Positions 25,105-32,000 of a stretch of 32,000 bases of DNA are shown in pieces. The translations under genes and the position numbers were made by a program. Within the stretch, counting starts at the first letter, position 1. Each line of letters begins with the position of its first letter. This DNA comes from Gemmata obscuriglobus. Lineage in GTDB: Bacteria; Planctomycetota; Planctomycetia; Gemmatales; Gemmataceae. The stretch is taken from contig NZ_CP042911.1 in the NCBI RefSeq assembly GCF_008065095.1, positions 2,220,001 to 2,252,000 on the forward strand, written 5' to 3'. The notes beneath the pieces were generated by a model. It saw only the letters and a list, made by a program, of their open reading frames with translations. It did not search any database and was not told where the DNA came from.

Positions 25105-25152
25105 GCGGGTCGTAAAATGCCAACTCACGCGCCCACCGGACACCGAAGACCG

Positions 25153-25953
25153 ATGAACCCGAAGCCGACCATTCTCGACCGCATCGTCGAAACCAAGCGC
25201 CGCGAGGTCGAGACCGCGAGAGCGGCCGTGCCGGAGGGCGAACTCGCGCGCCGGGCCGACGACGCGGCCCCGACTCGCGACTTCAAAAGCGCGATCCGGC
25301 GCCTCGGGATGATTACCCTCATCGCGGAGGTGAAGAAGGCGTCGCCGTCCGCGGGTGTGATCCGGGCCGACTTCGATCCGGTGCGCATCGCCACCACCTA
25401 CGAAGAACACGGCGCCGCCGCGATCAGCGTTCTCACCGATGTGGAATACTTCCAGGGCAGCCTTGAGTATCTCACCGCCGTGAAGGCCGCGGTGAAGTGC
25501 CCGGTGCTGCGGAAGGACTTCATCATCGACCGTTACCAACTGCTCGAAGCTCGGTGCGCGGGCGCGGATGCGGTGCTGTTGATCGCGGAGTGCCTGCCGG
25601 GGAATCAACTTGCGCAGCTTCAGAAGGAAGCCGTTGCGCTCGGGTTGCACACGCTGGTCGAACTGCACGACGCGGATCAGGTGTCGCGGGTGATCGACTC
25701 GGGCGCCGCGATCATCGGCATCAACAACCGCGACCTGCGCACGTTCGAGACGCGCCTGGAACACACCCTCGACCTGTTGACGCAAATCCCGGTGGACCGC
25801 GTCGTGGTGAGCGAGAGCGGCATCAAGACGCACGCCGATCTGGTACGCCTGGGGGCTGCCGGGGCGCGGGCGGTGCTGGTGGGCGAGTCGCTGATGCGCG
25901 CCAGCGACATCGGCGCGGCACTCGACGCTCTGCGGGGCGGGACGGCGGGCTGA
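25153..25953 (+). CDS. trpC: Indole-3-glycerol phosphate synthase
   Basis: I chose ATG at 25153 (MNPKPTILDRIVETKRREVE). Motifs seen: LIAEVKKASPSAGVI, ISVLTD, LRKDFIID, INNRDLRTFE. ATG at 25117 is an alternative. The track start at 24763 runs through the palindrome and is not credible. Confidence 0.93.
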   Translation: MNPKPTILDRIVETKRREVETARAAVPEGELARRADDAAPTRDFKSAIRRLGMITLIAEVKKASPSAGVIRADFDPVRIATTYEEHGAAAISVLTDVEYFQGSLEYLTAVKAAVKCPVLRKDFIIDRYQLLEARCAGADAVLLIAECLPGNQLAQLQKEAVALGLHTLVELHDADQVSRVIDSGAAIIGINNRDLRTFETRLEHTLDLLTQIPVDRVVVSESGIKTHADLVRLGAAGARAVLVGESLMRASDIGAALDALRGGTAG

Positions 25954-25976
25954 TCCCGGCTGTTTCCAATGCTCGT

Positions 25977-26006
25977 GGCCGCACAGGTACGCCGACCTGT
26001 GCGGCC
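25977..26006. terminator. Perfect 12-bp hairpin between convergent trpC and the GT87-like gene
   Basis: GGCCGCACAGGT (25977-25988), loop ACGCCG, ACCTGTGCGGCC (25995-26006). There is no clear U-tract on either strand. Confidence 0.55.
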
Positions 26007-26047
26007 TGAAGTGAACGGCCGCGGCGGGCGCACGAACGTGTGTCGTC

Positions 26048-27847
26048 CTACGGACCGTCCGAAGTCTCATCCCACCGTGCAACTCGCCACGCACACCAAC
26101 CCCACAACGCAAGTAGCACGTACGTGTCGAGCGGCGAGCGGATCCCCGTGTTGACTTTCACCTGCGGGGTGCTCAGGGTCGTCGCGTCGGCTGCGGGGGA
26201 TGCGAAGAAGCCCACCCCCACCGTCGCATTCAGGTCCAGTCCGCTCAACGAGTTCTCGATCAGGTACAACAGCGCCAACGCCGTCAGCGGGAACGAGTTC
26301 ACGTACCCCAGCATTCGCGCACCGAACATCGCGGGTTCCCTGCCCGCAGAGGGTAACCCGCGGCTGTCGGGTGGGAGTGGCGGCTCGCTTGGGGCCGGCG
26401 TGATCTCGAACGTGGACGTGCGGAAGTGACGCCGCGGGTCGGCGAGCAGCAGCACCAGCGGCACCGCGGACAGCAGCACGTCGTAGTACATGAAGTGGAA
26501 GCACGTCAGGTACGCGCCCAGGAACAGCATCCCGGCGCTCAGTCCGGTCAGCTTCGTGCGGTCGCCGCGGCGCAGATAAACGAGTACCGTGCCCCCGAAC
26601 ACCACGCCCCACAAGCCCCACGCTAGCCTGTTCGTTAGTGGCTTGTCGCGCTCCTTTTCGGGTAAGGTGAAGTCGTGCAGGATGCGCCGGGGGATGCCTT
26701 GGAGGTCGCGGCTCAGGTGAATCCAGTTTTCGTTCACCTTGTAGAGTTCGGTCGCCTCCTTGCCCACTTCCAGCCAGTCGAACCAACTGTGCAACCCGAC
26801 GAACGGGAGCGTCAGCGCGCCGAGTGCCGCCCCGGTCAGCACCATCGCGGCGCAGAACCGCCACTGCCGCAGCAGCAGGGGGACGAGGAAGAACGCCAGC
26901 CCCCACACCGGCTTGAACGCGAACAGCCCCCACACCATCCCGCCCGCCACCGGGCGCCCGCGGGTCGCCAGCACCCAGCCCCACAGCACAATGCAGAGCG
27001 ACAGCGCCGGGTTCTGTCCCAGGTCGACGGCCCCGCGCGTGCCGGGGAACAGCAGCAGCCCCAGGGTCGCGGCCGACCACCAGATGCGGCCGCGGGTGAG
27101 CAGATTCACGGCCAACCCGGCCGCGAACACCACGAGGACACTGAACCCCTGGAGCACCCGATACGCGCGCTGCGGGTCATCGATCAGCCCGAGCGGGGCG
27201 TAGAAGAGCGCGTGGACCGGCGGGTACAGGGGGCCGCCGATCGACGGCTTCTGGACCGTCGTTACGAGTTCGCTCGTGGCCTGCGCGTCGGCGTGCGCCG
27301 CGAGCGCGACCCCGGTGAACTGGTCGCCGCACGGCACTGGCAGCGGTGCCACACCGGCCCCGCCCGAGATCCGCCACTCGCGCACGGGGTCGTTGTCGGT
27401 CCCCATGAACCAACCCATCAGGTTGTCGGCGTCGTGCGCGAAGTGCTCCCCCGGGCGGGGCGCGGTGATGAGGTAGTGATCGGTCCGCGGGCCGACCCGC
27501 TGAAGCGGGGTTTCGGCCCGTTCGGGGTAGCCCTCGCGCAACACTTCCCACTGGCGCTGGCGGTGGTACAACTCCTGACCGTGCCCGGTGACGAGCATCC
27601 GGCCCATGAGCCACTGGCCGCCGAAGTCGATCTGCGCGTGTCCGCCGTTACCGTCGCCCCGGTGCCGCTCGGTCGGCAGCAGGGGGGAGTCGTCGAACCA
27701 CGTGTACGCGCGGTACGCGATGACGCCGGCGGACACGAGCGCCGCGAGCCACAGCAGCCCGGAAACGGCCCGCGGCGTGCCGAGCCACGCCCAGAACCGC
27801 GCCGGGATGACGTAATCGGGAGCGGGCGGGGGGGAGGAGAGGTTCAC
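26048..27847 (-). CDS. Polytopic membrane glycosyltransferase-like protein, DUF2029/GT87 (GT-C fold) family
   Basis: GTG start (27847-27845) overlaps the dapF TGA (27846-27844) as GTGA. About 12 hydrophobic segments. [22 protein letters not shown] and [19 protein letters not shown] resemble the first-loop D/Y...YPP signature of DUF2029. The track ORF extends to 28636 only because that frame is open inside dapF. Confidence 0.8.
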   Translation of the reverse strand: MNLSSPPPAPDYVIPARFWAWLGTPRAVSGLLWLAALVSAGVIAYRAYTWFDDSPLLPTERHRGDGNGGHAQIDFGGQWLMGRMLVTGHGQELYHRQRQWEVLREGYPERAETPLQRVGPRTDHYLITAPRPGEHFAHDADNLMGWFMGTDNDPVREWRISGGAGVAPLPVPCGDQFTGVALAAHADAQATSELVTTVQKPSIGGPLYPPVHALFYAPLGLIDDPQRAYRVLQGFSVLVVFAAGLAVNLLTRGRIWWSAATLGLLLFPGTRGAVDLGQNPALSLCIVLWGWVLATRGRPVAGGMVWGLFAFKPVWGLAFFLVPLLLRQWRFCAAMVLTGAALGALTLPFVGLHSWFDWLEVGKEATELYKVNENWIHLSRDLQGIPRRILHDFTLPEKERDKPLTNRLAWGLWGVVFGGTVLVYLRRGDRTKLTGLSAGMLFLGAYLTCFHFMYYDVLLSAVPLVLLLADPRRHFRTSTFEITPAPSEPPLPPDSRGLPSAGREPAMFGARMLGYVNSFPLTALALLYLIENSLSGLDLNATVGVGFFASPAADATTLSTPQVKVNTGIRSPLDTYVLLALWGWCAWRVARWDETSDGP

Positions 27848-28686
27848 GCGGTCGGCCACTCGCCGGTGAACACTTCGGTGGCCGGACCGGTCATGTAGAC
27901 GCAGTTGTCGGTTTCCGACCACTCCAGTTCCAGGTCGCCGCCGGGCAGGTGCGCGAGCAGCTTGCGGCCGGTCCGGTGGGTCAGCACCCCGGCGACACAC
28001 ACCGAACACGCCCCGGTGCCGCACGCGAGCGTGACGCCGCTCCCGCGCTCCCACGTGCGCATCGTGACCTCGTTGGGCGAATGGACCTGAACGAAGTGGA
28101 CGTTGATCCGGCGCGGGAACTCCGGCGCGTGTTCCAGCTTGGGGCCGACCTGCTCGAGTTCGACCTTCGCGACGTCGTCGCAGTAAATCACGGCGTGCGG
28201 GTTCCCCATGGACACGCACGTCACCTCCCACGGCGTGGGGGCGGCGCACACCAGCTTCGCGTTCACCGGCGGGGCGCCCGGGAGCGTCGTCGGGATCTTC
28301 GCGCTCTCCAGAATCGGCTCGCCCATGTTCACGCGCACGCGCTCGGCCTTGCCGGCTCGTACTTCGAGGTCGAGGGTGAGCACCCCGCGCCCGGTTTCGA
28401 TCTTCAGACGCGGCTTCGTCGCGATGCCGCGGTCGTGGACGAACTTCGCCACGCACCGGACCCCGTTGCCGCACATCTCGGACTCGGACCCGTCCGCGTT
28501 GAACATCCGCATCCGGGCGTCGGCTTTTTCGCTCGGGCAGATCAGGATGAGGCCGTCGGACCCGATACCGAAGTGCCGGTCGCTGACCGCCCGCGCGAGC
28601 GCGGCGGGGTCGGCGGGGGGCTTCTGGCGCACGCAATCGACGTACACGTAGTCGTTGCCGAGGCCGTGCATCTTCGTGAACTGCAT
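27844..28686 (-). CDS. dapF: Diaminopimelate epimerase
   Basis: [17 protein letters not shown] is present, with catalytic Cys motifs MCGNGVRC and LACGTGACS. 280 aa. Confidence 0.95.
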   Translation of the reverse strand: MQFTKMHGLGNDYVYVDCVRQKPPADPAALARAVSDRHFGIGSDGLILICPSEKADARMRMFNADGSESEMCGNGVRCVAKFVHDRGIATKPRLKIETGRGVLTLDLEVRAGKAERVRVNMGEPILESAKIPTTLPGAPPVNAKLVCAAPTPWEVTCVSMGNPHAVIYCDDVAKVELEQVGPKLEHAPEFPRRINVHFVQVHSPNEVTMRTWERGSGVTLACGTGACSVCVAGVLTHRTGRKLLAHLPGGDLELEWSETDNCVYMTGPATEVFTGEWPTA

Positions 28687-28768
28687 ACCGCGCGTTCTCC
28701 CGTGGATTTCAACAATTGTAACCGCCGCGGACGCGCCGAACAGGCGGCCGCGCGTTTAGAATTGCCTC

Positions 28769-29140
28769 ATGGGGAACGCGACGCCACCCGCCCGGACCGT
28801 GCGCCTGGTGTACCCGCCGAACGCGGACGGGATCGGCGTCTTCTGCATCGCGCTGAACGGTGCGTCCCAGTTCTACACCTTTTGCGAGATCCGGTGCGAC
28901 ATCGGCGGGCGCGGGTTCGCGGTTCACCGGCTCGGGCAGGGGGAACTGTACCACGTCCGCGTCGGGCGGCCCGAGGACACGTCGTGCGAGTGCCTGGGTT
29001 TTCTGCGGTGGGGGTACTGCAAGCACGTCACGGGGCTGGCGGCGCTGATTCGGAAGGGGCGGCTGCCCCGCCGCGGCCGCCCGCCTGCCCCGCCCGCTCC
29101 GCCGGTTCCGCCTGCGCGACACGACACCATTCCGTTTTGA
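28769..29140 (+). CDS. Small SWIM-type zinc-finger protein with a Pro-rich tail
   Basis: CECLGFLRWGYCKHV fits C-x-C-x(n)-C-x-H (SWIM). The C-terminus is PRRGRPPAPPAPPVPPA. TAGAAT (28757-28762) ends 6 nt before the ATG, and I see no SD sequence. Confidence 0.75.
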   Translation: MGNATPPARTVRLVYPPNADGIGVFCIALNGASQFYTFCEIRCDIGGRGFAVHRLGQGELYHVRVGRPEDTSCECLGFLRWGYCKHVTGLAALIRKGRLPRRGRPPAPPAPPVPPARHDTIPF

Positions 29141-29153
29141 CGCGCGACCGCGG

Positions 29154-32000
29154 TCACCGCGGCATCCACACGCGGACCAGCGAGAGCAACTTCTCCACGT
29201 CGAGCGGCTTGGCCATGTAGTCGTTCGCCCCGGCCGCCAGGCACTGCTCCTGGTCGTCTTTCATCGCCTTCGCGGTGAGCATGATGACGGGCAACTTCTT
29301 CCACGCGGGCTTTTTGCGCAGCTCGCGGGTCGCGGTGAGGCCGTCCATCTCGGGCATCATCACGTCCATCAGCACCAGGTCGATGGACCGGTCCGGGTGG
29401 CCGGCAGAGCCGTCGAGCGCCCGGAGCGCTTCCAGGCCGTTCCGCGCGATCTGCACGATCGCGCCCCGGGGCTCCAGGATGCTCGTGAGGGCGAACACGT
29501 TCCGCACGTCGTCTTCCACCACCAGGATGCGCCGGCCCTCCAGGGCGGCGTCGCGGTTCCGGGCCTGTTCCAGCATCCGCTGCTGCTCGGAGGGCAGCTC
29601 CGACACCACCTGGTGCAGGAACAGGGTCACCTCGTCCAGCAGCCGCTCGGGGGATTTCGCGCCCTTGATGATGATCGACTTCGAGTACTTGCGGAGCTTC
29701 TGCTCCTCGTCGGCGGACAGGCTCCGGCCCGTGTACACGATGACCGGCGGGAACGAGTAGGCGTCTTCCGCGCTGAGGGTCTCCAGCAGGGCGTACCCGG
29801 ACGCGTCCGGGAGCGACAGGTCCAGCACCATGCAGTCGAACGTGGCGGTCTTGAGCCGCTCCAGACACTCGGCCGCGGTGCCGACGGCGACGGTTTCCAC
29901 GTCGGCGGTGCCGAGCAGCCGGCACAGGCTGTCGCGCTGGACCGGGTCGTCTTCCACGATGAGCACGCGGCGGAGCCGGCGCTCGAGCCGCGTTTCCAGT
30001 TGCTGGAGCGCGCCCGCGAGCTGCTCCCGCTGCACCGGCTTGAGCATGTACCCGACCGCGCCCAGCGCCAGGGCGGTTTGCGCGTAGTCCCCCGCGGAGA
30101 CGACGTGGACCGGGACGTGCCGGGTGCGCGCGTCGCGCTTCAGCCGGTCCAGCACCGACAGCCCGGAGTTGTCGGGCAGCCCCACGTCCAGCACCACCGC
30201 GCTGGGGCGGTACTGGACGGCGACCGCGAGCCCCTCCTCGGCGGTGGCGGCGACGAGGCACTGGAACCCGAGTTCGTGCGCGAGGTCCACCACGATCCGC
30301 GCGAACGGCGCGTCGTCTTCCACGATGAGGATTACCCTGCGGTCGCCGGACAGCTTCTCGCGGTCGTCCTCGACCCGCCGCGCGGCGGGCACGCGGGCGG
30401 GCGCCGCCGGGGCCGGGGGCTGGCCCGCGACCGCCGCCGGCGTGTAGGGCGGAACCGTGAGCCTCGGCGCGGGTGCGGGCGGGGCGGCGGGCGCTTCGGC
30501 GCGGGGCCGCACGTGGGCCGGGTTGTACGTTGTCGGGATGGTCACGGTGAACGTGCTGCCGCGCCCGGGCTCGCTCGCCAGGTGGATGTCGCCGCCCAGC
30601 AGCCGGGCCAGTTCGCGGGCGATCGACAGCCCCAGGCCGGTGCCCCCGTGCTTGCGGTTGGTGGTCCCGTCCGCCTGACGGAACGCCTCGAACACCATCT
30701 GCTGCTGGTGCTCCGCGATCCCGATCCCGGTGTCGCGCACCGCGAACGCGATCCGGTCCCCGGGGGCCGCGCTGGCCTCCAGCGCCACCTCCCCGGACTC
30801 GGTGAACTTGAGCGCGTTCGACAGCAGGTTCTTGAGCACCTGTTCGAGCCGCTGCCGGTCCGTCTCGATCCCCTCCGGGCACCCCGGGGCGAGCCGGACG
30901 GCGAACCCGAGCTTCTTCTCGTCCGCGATCGGCTGGAACACCCGGGTGAGGTCCTCGGCGAGGCTCGCGAGCGGCACCGGGCCGGGCCGCACCTCCATGT
31001 GCCCGGCCTCGATTTTGGACAGGTCCAGGATGTCGTTGATGAGCGCCAGCAGGTCGTTGCCGGCGGCCCGGATGGTCTCCGCGTACCGCACCTGCTCGGC
31101 GGTCAGGTTCCCGTCGCGGTTGTCGGCCAGCAGCTTCGCGAGGATCAGCGACGAGTTCAGCGGGGTCCGCAACTCGTGCGACATGTTGGCCAGGAAGTCG
31201 GACTTGTACCGGCTGGCCCGCTCCAGCTCGCGGGCCTGGACCTGCAGCTCGCTCTTGGCCCGGGTCGCCTCGTCGCGCTGCGCCTCCATCAGTTGCGTCT
31301 GCTCCTCCAGTTGGACGTTCGTTTGCTCCAACTCGGTCTGCTGCTGCTCGAGCCGGGTCTGCGTCTCGCGCAGCGCGCGGCCCTGCTCGTCCAGCTCCTC
31401 GTTCGAGACGCGCAGCTCCTCGGTCTGGGCCTGCAGCTCCTCGCTCTGGCGCTGCGTCTCCTCCAACAGGTCCTTCAGGTGGGCGCGGTAGTTCGCGGAC
31501 CGGACTGCCAGCCCCACGTCCTCGGCGACGCGGTCGAGCAGTTCGGCGGCATCGCCCCGCGGCGCGCGGACGAACCCCAGCTCGATCACCGCGTTGACCG
31601 CGCCGTCTTCCGTCAGCGGGACCACGGCGAGGTGCTCGGGGGTGCCGCGCCCGAGCGCCGAGCCGACCGTCAGGTAGCCCGCCGGGAGGTCGCGCAGCAG
31701 GAACGACCGGCCGGCCTTGATCGCCTGCCCGGCCAGCCCGTCGTCGGGGCCGATCCGGTCCGGCGCGCCGCCCGCCGGGACCCCGTAGGTCGCGACGCGG
31801 CGGAACGTGCCGCCGTCCTTCGCGAAGAACGCCCCGGCGTGCGCGCCCAGGTATTCCGCGAGGAACGCCAGCGCCCGCTCGCCGAGGACGTCGAGCGCCC
31901 GGTCGCCGACCAGCGCCTGCGACAGCCCGGTCTGGCCCGCGAGCAGCCACTCCTGCCGGCGCCCGGCCCGCACCGACCGCCGCACCAGATACCCGACGAC
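29154..32000 (-). CDS. Hybrid sensor histidine kinase with GAF domain, long coiled coil, HisKA/HATPase_c and three receiver domains, 5'-partial
   Basis: The frame stays open to the window end (VVGYLVRRSVRAG...). A GAF-like region is followed by an EEL/Q-rich heptad segment. H-box FLANMSHELRTPLNS has its His codon at 31178-31176. N/G boxes NLLSNALKF, DTGIGI and GGTGLGLSI are present. A Pro/Ala linker leads to three REC domains: ILIVEDD...VVLDVGLPD, VLIVEDD...MVLDLSLPD, ILVVEDD...LVLMDVMMPEMDG...AKPL. Confidence 0.92.
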   Translation of the reverse strand, partial: VVGYLVRRSVRAGRRQEWLLAGQTGLSQALVGDRALDVLGERALAFLAEYLGAHAGAFFAKDGGTFRRVATYGVPAGGAPDRIGPDDGLAGQAIKAGRSFLLRDLPAGYLTVGSALGRGTPEHLAVVPLTEDGAVNAVIELGFVRAPRGDAAELLDRVAEDVGLAVRSANYRAHLKDLLEETQRQSEELQAQTEELRVSNEELDEQGRALRETQTRLEQQQTELEQTNVQLEEQTQLMEAQRDEATRAKSELQVQARELERASRYKSDFLANMSHELRTPLNSSLILAKLLADNRDGNLTAEQVRYAETIRAAGNDLLALINDILDLSKIEAGHMEVRPGPVPLASLAEDLTRVFQPIADEKKLGFAVRLAPGCPEGIETDRQRLEQVLKNLLSNALKFTESGEVALEASAAPGDRIAFAVRDTGIGIAEHQQQMVFEAFRQADGTTNRKHGGTGLGLSIARELARLLGGDIHLASEPGRGSTFTVTIPTTYNPAHVRPRAEAPAAPPAPAPRLTVPPYTPAAVAGQPPAPAAPARVPAARRVEDDREKLSGDRRVILIVEDDAPFARIVVDLAHELGFQCLVAATAEEGLAVAVQYRPSAVVLDVGLPDNSGLSVLDRLKRDARTRHVPVHVVSAGDYAQTALALGAVGYMLKPVQREQLAGALQQLETRLERRLRRVLIVEDDPVQRDSLCRLLGTADVETVAVGTAAECLERLKTATFDCMVLDLSLPDASGYALLETLSAEDAYSFPPVIVYTGRSLSADEEQKLRKYSKSIIIKGAKSPERLLDEVTLFLHQVVSELPSEQQRMLEQARNRDAALEGRRILVVEDDVRNVFALTSILEPRGAIVQIARNGLEALRALDGSAGHPDRSIDLVLMDVMMPEMDGLTATRELRKKPAWKKLPVIMLTAKAMKDDQEQCLAAGANDYMAKPLDVEKLLSLVRVWMPR

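Noticed and set aside
25080-25107. Possible tmRNA 3' end (T-arm plus acceptor)
   Set aside because: There is no G3:U70-type acceptor, no GGGGCUG-like 5' partner, no CCA context and no tag-reading-frame region nearby. The partner 7-mer is only 180 nt away, too short for tmRNA.
22133-25110. Calling the islet a prophage, ICE or defence island
   Set aside because: There are no integrase, recombinase, transposase, phage structural or recognised defence-system genes. Only a TA pair and small orphans are present, so I report it as a compositionally atypical islet only.
27848-28636. N-terminal 263-aa extension of the 862-aa ORF containing the GT87-like protein
   Set aside because: This part lies entirely inside dapF in another frame and is Arg/Pro-rich. 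The membrane protein begins convincingly at GTG 27847, coupled to the dapF stop.
28924-31950. 1008-aa ORF on the minus strand, the longest in the track
   Set aside because: It is out of frame with the clearly homologous hybrid kinase on the same strand. Its product is dominated by Arg, Gly, Pro and Ala with no motifs, which is the typical open-frame artefact of high-GC DNA.

Overview
This is a high-G+C window (GC judged by eye, not computed). Its gene content points to a Planctomycetota chromosome, probably Gemmataceae-like: a DUF1559 prepilin-like H-X9-DG protein, a DUF1501 protein, sulfatases, and an FG-GAP/PQQ-type dehydrogenase fusion. I support 29 protein-coding genes. Six are clear housekeeping genes: miaA, ybeY, lysS, nagA, trpC and dapF. 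The rest are transport, envelope, signalling or accessory genes, including a 5'-truncated hybrid histidine kinase at the right edge. I found no rRNA, no intact tRNA, no CRISPR array, and no transposase or integrase. Many long alternative-frame ORFs in the track are Arg/Pro/Gly/Ala-rich and look like GC artefacts. The one clearly accessory-looking stretch is a visibly lower-GC islet at about 22.1-25.1 kb. It carries a VapB45/VapC45-type (HTH-DUF433 plus PIN-like) toxin-antitoxin pair, two small secreted proteins and a 330-nt gap with no convincing ORF. A 2+2 inverted 9-mer repeat module sits near its left end. Near its right end are a 49-nt perfect palindrome and a canonical tRNA T-arm/acceptor-like fragment. 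Other points worth a second look:
- a POT peptide transporter with a soluble domain of about 130 aa inserted between TM9 and TM10
- a single ORF fusing two complete sulfatase domains
- two GTGA start/stop couplings, lysS to an unknown 137-aa ORF and dapF to a GT87/DUF2029 membrane glycosyltransferase
- several long palindromic intergenic elements
I cannot show from sequence alone that any of these is a new system. All family assignments rest on motif recognition by eye and need HMM or BLAST confirmation.
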